Below are positions 13,290-25,535 of a DNA stretch of 64,000 nucleotides, piece after piece. Each line of letters begins with the position of its first letter. Position 1 is the first letter of the stretch. Source of the stretch: Vicugna vicugna (taxonomy: Eukaryota); NCBI GenBank assembly GCA_013265495.1, contig MU058687.1, positions 558,001-622,000 of the forward strand, written 5' to 3'. The position numbers were made by a program, and so were the translations under genes. The notes beneath the pieces are model-generated. The model searched no databases. It worked only from the letters and a program-made list of their open reading frames with translations, and was not told the origin of the DNA.

Positions 13290-13530
13290 CAGCCTAGCAT
13301 CACGGATAAGGGCACAGACCCTGATGTTGGGCTGCCTGGGTCCAAATCTTGTTTCTGCTATCTACTAGCTATGTGACTTTGGGTAAATTGTTTAACCTCA
13401 CTGTGCCTTAGTTTACTCATTGATGGAATGGGTCCAAGGCTCCTAACTCTGAGCATTATTGTGGCGATTAAATTAGTACTTGCTGGTGTTTTAGAACAGT
13501 GCATGGCATATCGTACCCACTGTGTTATTT
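13290..13530 (+). mobile_element. MIR SINE
   Basis: MIR-like text ctgcctgggtccaaatc...ctagctatgtgactttgggtaaattgtttaacctcactgtgccttagttt...ttagaacagtgcatggcata. Confidence 0.8.
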
Positions 13531-15974
13531 AATTTTTTATTATACTCACAGTTGTTAAAAGTTGATAACCCTTACAGGGAAAATATGATAACTTTTGGTT
13601 ACCTTGAGTAGTCAGTTAAGCAGAAAACCCACTTCTCTAACTCTTTAGAAGAATGGACAGTTTACTGAATACTTCTCCTGCCCTCATTGTTCTGCCCCCT
13701 GAGGCAGCCAGTGTCGGTGTGGACACAGCAAATCCCACTGTTGACTGCACAGACAATGGCACTGAAGACCGTTTGTTGCTGAAGAAGGGAGGAAAGGGTA
13801 TCCTTTGTGACACTGGCAGGTTTCTGGGCTGATATTGAGCTGGACATTAGGCTTGAGTCATCGTGATTTACTAGTCTTGGTGGTCCTAATGTATTCTAAG
13901 CATCCAGGGTATTCTAGTCACTGTACAGGGATGCTCTTCCCTGTTTTGCTCTGTCCTTCCCACCCCTGCCCCCATCCCTCTTCCAGATGCTCCGTTTCCA
14001 GGGCTGAACAAGGTCCACTTGGGCCTGGGGCTCCCCAGGCAGCCTCTTAGCTTTTTCCTCTCTGGGAGAGAATGGAGAACAGCCAGGTCTGACTCTGCAG
14101 CCCGAGGCCTCAGGGTCAAGCAGGGCCAAAGGTCACATCCCAGGGCCTTTCCAGATGCAGCCAAGCCAGCCCAGGCCAGCAGCTCCACACAAAGGAGCAG
14201 CTGAGAAGAGTCAAGTTGGAAAAGTCATTGACTTGAGACTGAGGGGAAATGAGAAGCAGTGGCTGCAGCCGGCCGCTGGCAAAGCCCCAGGAAGGGCCAG
14301 GAGCGATGCGCGGGGGCCAGGAATGGTCTCAGGAGTGGGGTGGCTTGTGGGAAAGCAAGCTCCCAAGAGCTTCTTCCTTGGCCTCCTGATCCCCTCCGTC
14401 TATCTCTGCTGCCGCCGCCGCCTCCGTCTTCTTACCCTGACCCTCATCCCTTGCTGTCCCCACGGCCCTGCTCATCCAAACCAACTGTCCCCAAGGTCCT
14501 TCAAGCCTGTAACGATCGAGGATATTAAGGTACGTTCACGTAGTGAACTGTTATACAACCACGCAGTAGGTTTGCAAAGAGCTTACAGCATCACAGAAGA
14601 AATGGTTTGTCATAAGGGTAAGTGAAATAGCAGGATGTGAAGTTATAAATGCAGCATGATCTCCAATATGTGGGGGGAAGCAAACAGACCAAGTAGTAAT
14701 AGTGCCTGCTGCCTGGTTGGAGGGTTACGGGTAATTTTCATTTTCCTCTACAGTTTCCAAACTCCCTACAGAAACATGTATTGCTTCCATAGTGTAGGGA
14801 GAAAAAAGTCTCTGGATGTAGAGCTTAAAATGTCCTATCAGCCCAGTCTGTTAACATGCATGGGAGCGCACGCACACACACACACACAGAGTTCATCAAT
14901 GACATTGTTTATAGTAATGACATTACTTCTTGTGTTTGAAAATGTCATCTGTAAACCTCTAACTATTTACTGGGCACCAACTAAGCGTCTAGCCCTGCCC
15001 TAGACTCTCCACTCCATCACATGTAATGTGGATAAACGACTTGTTCCCCAGCCATACCCAGGCCCATGGCCCACCCCTCCTCATTACTCCACAGAGCCTT
15101 TGCTCTGGAACAGAAAAATTTTCACTTGGTAGATGTTCAGTCATAATTGCAAAATAACGTTTTCCTCTGTTCATCCCTACACTGAGAAAAACATCTAATT
15201 TGGCTGTAGACTCTTTAGGCTGAATTTCCCCATCCCCCTGGGGCACACAAAACATTACTACAGACGCTGTGTTTGTAAGAGTTTTGTCCGCTGCTTTCTT
15301 CCTGCTCACTTTCCCCTTCCCAACTGGGAGAGAAGGAAAAAAAAAAAAAGATGACTTAGGGGTCAGAGGAGTAGGCATGGGTCAGGGCGGAGTCTGGAGT
15401 GATACCTGTATTTTCAGCACAGACAGCCAGACGAACGCACTGCACCATCAGGAAAGGGAATGCAAGCTGGGACCTGAGGGACACAAGGGATGTGTAGGAG
15501 GTTTCTCTGCAAGATGAGATGCAGAGTCATGGAATTAATAAAGAAGGGATGAAAGCAGCAGGGCTAGAGGACACACAAAAATCATAGAGAAGAATGGACT
15601 CTGTCCCTGAGGAATGACCCATTCACCCCCACCTCGGGCGGCCGGAATATACAAGCCCAGACATCTGACTTGGCCTTGGTGGGCCCAAAGGGGACTTGCT
15701 CCTCATTTTCCTTCAGCAGAAATAGATGTCATGATGAGTAAGAAAAATTCTGTGCCTGCCACACCCACTCCCTCCTCCACTTCACCAGTACCTACACTTG
15801 TCCATCCTGTTTCCCAAAGAGGTGCTATTTCTGTCCAGCTCAGGACCAAAAACAAAGGGAAAATGTTAGCTCCGTGCAGCCCTGAATCCTGCCTGGCCGT
15901 CCTGTTAGCCCCGGGGCTCTCAGCCAGAGGAGCTGGGTGGGCCAGATCTGATCTGGATCTGGTGAGCTCCGGAA

Positions 15975-16240
15975 CAGACAGCTGAAGCAATTGTTACAAC
16001 AGGAGGGTTGCAGGGCAGGCGACACTTCACAACATCACCAAAGATTGATGCAAATTGGTTTGGTTCTGACCCTGTCACACCAGGAAGGATAATGATTCCA
16101 GCGGCGCCGGGCCTGGGCGGGGGCACTGAGTGGGGGCCGTGAGGATTGGTGTCTCACTTCGCATCTTCATTAATGATCTGAAAGACAGGGGTAAACAGCA
16201 TGTTAATGAAACCTGCAGATGATTGGTGTTATAAACCCCA
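15975..16240. promoter_or_regulatory. Candidate enhancer (SOX, POU, FOX, bHLH and homeodomain motifs)
   Basis: ATTGTT at 15990, ATGCAAAT at 16048, TCATTAATGA at 16167, GTAAACA at 16191 and CAGATG at 16216. Confidence 0.45.
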
Positions 16241-17469
16241 GAGAGGACAGAGAAATAGCACAGCGAGACCCAGAGGGCTTAGAAATATGGGCAGGAGATT
16301 GTCAAAGGAGACTTGCCATAGGAAAACGGAAGTCAACATGTCAGGAGAGGGTGATGAAGGTGCCTCTAGGGGGGACCTGCAAGCCTGGAAAGCAGAGATG
16401 GGTGGCAGGGTCAGGAGGCTGAGTGAGGGGATCAGGTTTGGGGTGTGCTGGGGAGCCAGAGGAACTGGCCTTGAGGACCCAGGGGACAAATACCCTTGTG
16501 TATTTCTGGCAGGACTGACTGCAGCAAGAAGACTGGGGCCAACAGTGTGTGCAGCCTGGGGGCCAAGCAGGTTGCATGGGTCCGCTGACCTGTGTCAGCT
16601 CCTGTGCCTTCTGCAAGGCTGGGCCCTGACTTCACAGCCACCAACTGTGTCCATTTATGCTCATCCCTGAGCTAAAAGTGCCATTTTGACCTGAATGACC
16701 AAAATGAAACAAGTCAAAACACATTTTTAAACTTTGCCCAAAATTATTGGGAATAAGATATTCAAGAGCAGCAGAAAGAAAAATTTCCCCCATCCTCAGT
16801 GGTTTCCCATTCAGTAAACATGGCTTGGAGCTATAACTCACTTGCATTAAGTGCAAATATCTTAAGGATACACATGGTTCAATGATTTTTTTTTCCCTTA
16901 AGCAAATCACTTAACCTCCCCAAGCCTTAATTTCCTGTCTCAAATGGGTAAAACTGCAGTATATATGTCATAGTTGTACTGTGAAGATTAAATGAGATAG
17001 ACTGTGTAAGGCCTGTGTGACCACAGTGGCACTCAGATGTGGGCGATTAGTATTACTGTTTATTACCCTCTAATTTCATTTCCCAAGCTTTACTCTTAAT
17101 TTCCCTAGTAAATTATTAACTTCTTGAAGTCAGCGACTGTCTTAAAATTCTTTTTCAGTGCATGGATGCTGGGAGAAACAAACAAACAAACAGAAAAACC
17201 TTGTTTGGTGGCTTGATATGCCAGAATTCCCTTTTAATATGAATAATTTTGTCATTACTCAACTCAGATCTACTTCCAATGACATCTCTTTTTTCAAAAT
17301 GGAACAAAAGCAAAGAAAGAAACACACAAAACCAAGTAAAATCTGAATATCACAGAGGATTTTTTTTTTGAAACAAAACATTCCCCATGAGATTGTGTTA
17401 ACAACGTATTTCCTGTCTGAATGAAGCCAAAAGGAGCCCAGCCTAATGATTAAGAGGCCATTTGGGTTT

Positions 17470-17544
17470 GGGGAGGGTATAGCTCAGTGGTAGAGTGCAT
17501 GCCTAGCATGCACGAAGCGCTGGGTTCGATCCCCAGTACCTCCA
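17470..17544 (+). mobile_element. tRNA-Ala-derived SINE head with target-site duplication and no tail
   Basis: ggggagggtatagctcagtggtagagtgcatgcctagcatgcacgaagcgctgggttcgatccccagtacctcca, flanked by aagaggccatttgggtttg (17452-17470) and aagagtccagttgggtttg (17548-17566). Confidence 0.88.
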
Positions 17545-18299
17545 TGAAAGAGTCCAGTTGGGTTTGAACTAGGGCGCTAATCGTCCAGTTCACCTGGGAC
17601 TCAGGAATTTCCCAGAACAAGGGACAGTCCAGCTAATGCGCTGGTTGGTCATCCTAGTTTGAATCTAGGCTCTGCTACTTGATAGTTTTGTGGCCTCGGG
17701 TAGGATTCTTAGTCTTGTTGATCTTGTTTATCTCTTCACTTAAATGGGGAACATACTGAATTGCAGGAGGTACCATTTGATGGTATTAGCAATGTGTTTG
17801 ACACATAATAAATGCCCAGTAAATGCTGACATACACTGTCAGAGTCCAGGTAAGTAAAGTTTAAAAACAGTCACAAACTAGTTTATGGTGATAGAAATCA
17901 GAGGAATGGTTACTCATGTCAGGAGACTGGCTAGGAAGGAACTGGAGGGAGTTTTCTGCAGGGCTGGAAATGTCTTAGTAGGCAAATAAAACCCCACTGG
18001 GACCTTTAGTTGTTCCTTACATATGCTCCACCCTACAAAACAAAGGCTTCTGTTTTCCTCTGCTTACCTGTTCTCCCAGCCTCCATTCATGTAGACACAC
18101 TTTTGATGTCATTGTCATATGGCCTTGATTTGAAAACCCATGTTGTGGTTCTTTGCTTGGCGCTCTCTCTGCAGCTTTCTTTTCTGATATGAGCTGCACT
18201 CCCTCCGCAGCCAGTGGGGGCATTTGGTTGAGGACTCTCAAAACTGGCTCCCCACCCCCACATCAAAGCCTCAGTGCTGGGAAGGTGCAGTCACCAAGT

Positions 18300-18970
18300 C
18301 CTCGTGACCTTCAGAAATACACAGCCTTTGTTAATTCCACTCCCAGGTACATGTCCAACAGAAGTGAGTGTTGATGTCCACAAAAAGATGTGCAAGAGTG
18401 TTAGCAAATTTATTCATGCGAATCAAAAATTGGCAAAAATCCAAATGTCCATCAACAGCAGAATGAGTAAATAAATTGTCATATATTCCTACAATGGAAT
18501 GCCACTGACAATAAAAAACAAAATACTCTTCTGCCTTACACGAGAACATGGATGAATCTCACAAACAACAATGAGGAGAAAGGGAATTAGTATAGCTCAG
18601 TGGTAAAACCATGCTTAGCGTGCACAAGGTCCTGGCTTCAATCCCCCAGCACTTCTGTAAAAATAAAATTAACTCTGTGTGTTCAAAAAAAAAATGAGGC
18701 AGACACAGAAGTGCATCCTGTATGATTCTACTTGTATGAAATTCTAGGACAGGTAAAACTGATCTAGGGTGGGAGAGGTCAAAATAGTGGTGACCTTGGT
18801 TATTGACTGGGCAGGAACATGAGGAGCCTTCTAGAGTGTTGGAAATATTCTCTCTCTCGATCTGAGTAGTGGTGACACAGGAGTAGACTGTGTGAGTGTG
18901 TGTGTAAACATTCATCAAGCTGTACATTTAATGCGCTTTACTGTGTGTAAACTATGCCTCAATTAAAACA
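18300..18970 (+). mobile_element. Old L1M 3' fragment interrupted by a SINE
   Basis: L1 3'-end text (caaatgtccatcaacagcagaatgagtaaataaattg...catggatgaatctcacaaac...tgtatgattctacttgtatgaaattctaggacaggtaaaact...ctatgcctcaattaaa). Confidence 0.8.
18581..18692 (+). mobile_element. tRNA-Ala-derived SINE nested in L1M
   Basis: gtatagctcagtggtaaa...ggtcctggcttcaatccccc followed by an A-rich tail. Confidence 0.8.
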
Positions 18971-19792
18971 AATGAATTCAGGGTCCTCTGAGCCTCTAAA
19001 GGGAAACTGATGAAAGCTACCACAGCCTCATGGAGGTGATCTGGGGCAATAGCACAGGAGAATCATCCTGGCTCCTGGGCTCTGAAGTCAGAAGGAAGGA
19101 CAGAGGATGGGCAACATGTTCCTTTGGCAGCGACTGTCCACGCTCCACCAGCAACTGAGCATAAAGGCCTTGGGGCTGTGGTCTGTGCCCTCACTCTGTG
19201 ACCTTGATGTGGGGGAGAGCTGTCAGTCAAGCTCCCAGGGTCCCCAGCACCTTGATGCTTAGGCTGTCTTGTGAGGAAGCATCATTCTCTACACCCTGCT
19301 CGCTGAATCCAGTCCCAAGACTGTGGGCAGCTCCAGGGCCAGGACCTTGTCTGTGCTTCCCTTTTGCTGATATTTTGTGGGCTCTGAGGGCACAGTTGCC
19401 AAATGGATGCCTGAATCCATGGCCTTCAGTCACCTGAGGTATTATTAAATTCTTCCCATTGATCTCAAAGCCAAAGATACGCTTTTTGACTCATGGATTA
19501 TTCAAGTGATCTTTCCTGAAAGAATTGGAGTTCCAGGTAATCTACTGGCATCCCTGACTTGCTTCCATCCAGTGTAGTTTCAATTCTGCTAGAAAAGACC
19601 TCCATTCTCTCCATAATCAAGTTTCCCAGGACTATCCTAAGGTTCCAGCACCAACCACTCCTAGCAAAGAGGCTATGTCTACACTGTAGGTAACTGGACT
19701 TATCAGTGGTGCTGACAGTAATCTCTCTGGGTTTGGTATTCCCTTAGATGGAGGCTGGAATGGCTGCGTTGTTTGATTCCTTGAAGGGATTT

Positions 19793-19994
19793 CTGTGCTA
19801 TCCAGATAGGTAGCCACTAGCCACATGTAGCTCTTCTATTTAAATTAAAAATCAATAAAATTTAAAACTCAGTTTATTACACTAGCCACATTTCAAGAGC
19901 TCTGTAGCCACATATGGCTACTGACTACCATACTGGATGGTGCAGAACTACATACATTTCCATCATCACAGAAATTTCTATTGGACAATACTAG
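19793..19994. mobile_element. MER3-like non-autonomous hAT-Charlie DNA transposon
   Basis: gctatccagataggtagccactagccacatg...tagccacatatggcta...ctattggacaatactag, with decayed inverted termini. Confidence 0.7.
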
Positions 19995-20149
19995 ACTCCA
20001 GATAATTTTCAAACCCTCTTGGAAACGTTGAGGGAGGGAAGGAAGAAACTAAGTGGTTAGAACTGGACCCCAACCCCAGTGCAACCAGAACCACTCTGCC
20101 TATGAATTCAAATTTCAAGTTAGAATTTATTTGGAAAAAAAAGCTCTAC

Positions 20150-20387
20150 TGCTTTTTAACTTTACAATACTTTTTGAAAAGATAATAAATACAAACCATA
20201 TTTAAAACAAGCAGATTGTGAAAAATGCATCTCTTTCCCATCCTCTGACCCTCAGGCTACTCGTTACCTGCTTTTTAACTTTACAATACTTTTTGAAAAG
20301 ATAATAAATACAAACCATATTTAAAACAAGCAGATTGTGAAAAATGCATCTCTTTCCCATCCTCTGACCCTCAGGCTACTCGTTACC
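20150..20387. repeat. Perfect 119-bp tandem duplication
   Basis: 20150-20268 and 20269-20387 read identically. Confidence 0.95.
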
Positions 20388-20399
20388 AGCTTGTGGGAG

Positions 20400-20790
20400 C
20401 TACAGCTTGTCCTGCATCTTGTTTTCCCACTTAATTTATCTTGAATCTTCTTGGTATTGGTATGTACAGATTTCACAGCTATGTATTATCCCACTGTATG
20501 GATGTACCATAATAATTTATTTAACCAGTACCCGTGATGGACATTTAGATCATTTCCAATCATCTGCTACTACAAACTATGTTGTGATGAGCAAACATCC
20601 TTGTAGTTAAATCTTTGTGCAGTACAAATATATCCTTAGAACAGATGCCTAGTGAGGGAATTGCTTGCTCTAAGGCCACGTGCATTTTTAATTTTAATAT
20701 TTAATATATGTATAAAAAGTAACATATATTGCTGAATTGCACCCCCTAAAGTGGTCATGACAAAGGTTTTCCCCCACCCTCTCAACAGTG
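20400..20790 (-). mobile_element. Old L1M fragment
   Basis: Antisense L1 3' text (gatggacatttagatcatttccaatc...cctagtgagggaattgct). Confidence 0.65.
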
Positions 20791-21539
20791 CTGCTCTTAG
20801 GTGTTCAGGTTTCCTGCAGAATAACAGTGGCTCCTCTTAGGAGGGAGCTCCATTGCCTCCCCACAACCCAACCCACCCACTTACCTTCCCTTCTTGTCAC
20901 TCCTTCCTGCCACCAAGAGTGGCTAATATTTGCTTGAGCATCACCAGTCCCCCAGGTACTGGCCTGAATCCTTTCCTTCAGTGTCTCATACCTCATGGAC
21001 TCTTCACAACGCTCTCAAGAGGGACATACTATTATTATTCCAGTTTTACAGATGAGAAGCCTAAGACTTAGAGATTAACTAACTTGTTCACGGTCACCTA
21101 GCTGGTTCGTAGCAGAGCTGGGATTTAACCCCAGATCTGTCTCATTCCAAAGCCTGTGCATTCTGGGGAATCGATGGGCTTCCCCACACACCTCCTCCCC
21201 TGCCCCTCCTCCTTGCATGGACTCCAGGTGTTCCCCTCTCCCTGTTAATAGCCACCCATCTCTCTTCAGTGCCTTTGCCTCTGTGCTCGTGAGCCCCCCA
21301 TTCCTGCTCAACCCGTCCTTCCCGGGGTCAAGGCACACACATCTATCTGTGACCCTTCCTCCTTCACCAGGAAACCAGCGCCTTGTTCCCTCTATTCTTG
21401 GCCTTGGGACGGCCTCACCTGAACTGCTGGGTCGGCCCAGCCCTCTCCCAGGTGATCACCTCTGCCTACGGGGCCCGGGAGGGAGAAAGAAACGGCTTCC
21501 GTCACCTGACCCTACTCAGCCAATTCACGAAGACAAGAT

Positions 21540-21620
21540 GTCAAGTTAATGAGCCTGTGGGCCTCTAATTAGCTGTCAATTACCTCAAATTAATCAACTC
21601 CTCGCCTAATTAAGCATTAT
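21540..21620. promoter_or_regulatory. Candidate enhancer core: very dense homeodomain and MEIS site cluster
   Basis: TAATGA at 21547, CTAATTAG at 21565, CTGTCA at 21573, CAATTA, ATTAATC, and CTAATTAA at 21606, all within about 75 bp. Confidence 0.65.
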
Positions 21621-24599
21621 CGGCAGGTGGGCACAAAGCAGACCATTGTGTGGGAGCCCTGAGAAAAGCTGGGCTGGCAAACTTGGTTAGGATCAGCGCT
21701 GTGCACCGCACCCGCCTCCCCACCCTGTCCCCAGGAACCAGGGACCCGGGGACCGCCTGGGCAGTGGGGTGGACTGCTCCTCGTGAGAGGGAGGTGCAGA
21801 GCTTGGAGGCAGGTGGGATGTCTGTGGGGAAGTGGGGCAGCGGGAGCTGTCAAAACAGGCAGAGGAAGGCCAGGGCGAAGGGGAGGGCAGCAGGTCAGAA
21901 TGACCAGCTCCGGGCGCTTGTTGGACCTGGGGCCAGTGCTCAGAGCTGGACAAGGTGGAGGATAGGTCACGGCCAGGAGTTCAGGCAGGCAGCCTGGCTT
22001 CTGATCCTGGCCCTGCCACTGTGAGCCCTGTGACCCCAGGAAGTGACTTCACTTCTTTTAGCCACAGTTTCCATCTCTGGAAAAAAAAAAATGAGAATAA
22101 TTTTTTAAGAGACCTTATGGGATCTTTGTGAGGATTAAATGAGATTGTGCCTGTGAAGCAGCTGCCACATGGGACTGTTCAGGAGCTTAAGTAGCAGTGG
22201 CAGTGGAGATGGGGGGTGCCCAGGGGTGCCTCACCTAAGAGCTGCTCAGGCTATGTAGTATGTCACCAGATTTGGAGCTGCAGTGCACCCCTGGTAGATG
22301 TGAGTGGGCTAACTAGGACATGCTGGGTGCTGGATGCTGGGGTGTCCTGGCTGCAACCTCCTCTCCACCCCTCCCCATCTCCCAGCACCTTGGGGCACAT
22401 ACAAGGAGCCCTGGGTGCCATATGGAGCTCAGATGAGGTAACCCTAGGTCTCTAACTAGCGACTAGGAAGAAGAGAGTGTGTAAGGGCCTCTCCCCTCTT
22501 GGATCTTGGGGCTGCAGAGCCTAGAGAAGAGGGTGTCTCCAGGCAGCCCCTGGGGCACTGAGCTCACACCACACCATGGTGCTGGAGGATGAACTGGGAC
22601 CCGCTCTGCTTAGCACAGGGCAGAGTGAGGCTGGGGGCTGGCTGGGTAGATCTCTGAGCCCACAAACTGTCAAATGCCAGCACACCCGTGCCAGTTCTGT
22701 CCCCTCCTGCACTCCAACAATTCCTTGTAATCAACCCATCAGATTTCTCATCTGTACCCCGTACTTTGACCCTGGCACAAGACATCCTCTCCCTGCCTCC
22801 TGGGGCAACAGAGGTCCTCAGCCTCACCTCTAAAAGCTTGGAATTATCTTCCCTCTCCCTGTTTAAATCACTCAGTCATTTAGCAAACATTTGTTGTGCC
22901 TCTTAATCAAAGCTCTCAGTGCAAAGGGGAGATGGTAGGGTAAACACTTACAGATCATTAATGCACACACTGGAGATGTGAGGAACAAAAGGGAGCCAGG
23001 ATTTATTATATACCTACTGTATGCTGGCAGGAGTGGCAAAGCCAGATGTGGATGCTTGTACTTTTGTCGCCTGTCCACCATGAGAGAACAGGTCTGTGCC
23101 CAGGGGTTAGGGTGAGGACAGAGGTTGAGGACAGAGGGTGATCAGGTGGATGCTACCTCCACCTGGGCCTGGGCAGGTGAGAGCTCCCAGGGAAAGGGAA
23201 ACTAGAGCTGAGCCTTGAAATGGGCGATATATTCCAGATGAAGGGACCAGCATATGCAAAGGCCTAGAGGCTCGCAAAGGGCATGAAGAGTTCAGCAAAT
23301 AAAGATTTCCTGAGTTCTCGAGACCAACCACAGCAGATGCTCACTGCACAGGGAGCAAGAGCAGGGTCTCAGAAGGCCTTCAAATAGGGCCTTTCTATTA
23401 GGGATCTGAAGAACCCTGGGAAGACTTGCCTAAACTCTGACCACTCCTAAGGGAGCTGAATTCCACAGGGTCGCATCCATAATTCAACAAAATGAAGCTG
23501 CCAGTTTGGCTCAGAGGAGAGGGAATTTTGTGGGGGAGTGGGCCTTCCTAAAAACTGTGAAGTCATACCATTCTGTGTTTTTCTCTCTCTTCTCTCTCTT
23601 CTGTACCCCAAAGCACCTAGACTGGTGCAATTGCCCAGCAAGTCTTGTAAAATACTTGCAGAATGTAATTCTCTTCTCTCTACCACATCCTGACATGTAC
23701 GTGGATGCAGGAACTTGCTTTGAGCCCAGACAGATTTATCTCTCTGGAATTTGGAGTTGAGACTAAGAGTTCCATCTGGGCTTGAATGGATGAGACGGAC
23801 ATTTGAGAGCTGAAGGGCGGCTGTGGGACTGAGGAGCTCCAATGGCCAGGCTGCCGGGAGGAGAAGGAAGCAGCAGCATCAGTAGAAGCTGCGATTCCCA
23901 TCTTTCTGGGGCCTGTCCTATCCCAGATCCACAAGGCCCCCACATCCTTTCAGTGCTTTCTTACTTAAGCAAGTCCAGTTATCTGTACCTGCATCCCACC
24001 TAAAGCCCTTCACCCCAAAGCACCCTGACACACACTGGTCTGGAGCAGCCAGAGGAGCCCCAGCCCCTGGTGAAAAGGCTCTTACAGATCAGCCAGGGAA
24101 GTGGTTCCGTTGGCGCTACAGGGGCACCCAACTCCAGGGACTCCCTCACAGAGATGGGGGCCTGGTAGATGGTTTTATTACACAAACAGTGCAGGAGCCC
24201 AGTATGTAAGAAAGACAATGAATGCGTTATGCCTGTATGTACTATTATGTTTCGTGTTTACATTTATGTTTCTGTTTATCAAGCTAGATAATACATAAAC
24301 CCAGTTTTAAAAACCAAAACAATACAAAACGGTCTAGAATAAAATGTAGCCTTCCCTCACACTCCTGTTCTCCAGCCGCTTTCCCACAATCAACCAGCAA
24401 CCAGTTTTTCAGACACCCTTCCAGAGATTAAAAGATGGTTATATACACAGATCTTTTATCTTTCGCAAGTGGTAGTGAAATATACTGTCCTGCAACTTCC
24501 TTTTCATACTAATATTGTCTTAGAAATTGTTTCAGATCAGAGTGTGTAATAACATCCCCACAGTATTCCACTGCATGAATATGTACTTTAAGAAAAAAA

Positions 24600-24900
24600 G
24601 TTACACAAAATTATCACAGCCAAGAGCAGGCTAAGATGACATGATGACTGGATGTCTGTGATCTTCTGGGTGGGATCCTGGAGCAGAAAAAAAAGACATA
24701 AAGTGAAAATTAAGCAAATATGAATAAAGCACAAATTTTAGTGATGTATCAATCTTGGTTCATTAAAAGTATACCGCACTAATATCAGATGTTGTTAATG
24801 GGAGAATTTGGGTGTGGGGTTTATGAGAAGTCTGTACAATCTTGACAAATTTTATGCACATTTAAAACTGTTCTAAAAATAGTGTTTATTTTAAAATAAT
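24600..24900 (+). mobile_element. L1MC-like 3' fragment
   Basis: ggatcctggagcagaaaaa...atgtatcaatcttggttcatt...gatgttgttaatgggagaatttgggtgtgggg...taaaactgttctaaaa. Confidence 0.65.
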
Positions 24901-25521
24901 GTTAAAACTCACAAAGATGTTGACATTAATAGAGTATCATTTCATGTAAAAGCACTGAGTACCTAACAGTGCTGGGTCATTATGTAGGTTCCTTAGTCAA
25001 ATGAGGGAAGTAAAAGTACTACTTTGAGGGACTCTGAATTGTTTTATTTTTTCAAACGGTTGTTCCCCATTGAAATGGTGGAACCACTGAACTAGTCCCA
25101 CCTTTCCAGTTTACCACGGGGAAACTGAAGCTAGAAAAGGTGGTGACTCGTGCCTGCTTACAACAGATTATCACCTCAGAGCCTTCCAATCCCACGCAGG
25201 CACTGGGCTGGCCGGCCCTCGCTGCCCACCGTGGGCGAATGCCTTCCCGGTCTGCTGGGTTAAGCAGCGGGTAAGACATCCCACGGTGACCTCTCCCCCG
25301 AGGTAATTTCATTTTACCAGGCTGATATACAAGCTGAAAGGAAGACGCTCTAAAGATGGGTGTCAGGCACTGATTAGCAGGGCAGCCTCTTAGGATCCTT
25401 GGCATCCCTCCCCTTGATTCCGTCGTGGAGGGGGAACTGGGCTCTGGCTCCAGGGACCCCTGCGGCCCCAGCCCTACCTCCCGGGTCAGAGCCCTTCCTA
25501 GGGGGGCTATCCGCGCCTTCA

Positions 25522-25535
25522 CCACTAGAGGGAGC
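25522..25535 (+). promoter_or_regulatory. CTCF-like motif in a small CpG-rich patch
   Basis: CCACTAGAGGGAGC compared with the consensus CCASYAGRKGGCRS (one mismatch). Confidence 0.5.

Noticed and set aside
17470..17544. Functional tRNA-Ala gene
   Set aside because: It has a SINE-type 5' end, a flanking target-site duplication, no oligo-T terminator and several diverged sibling copies in the window.
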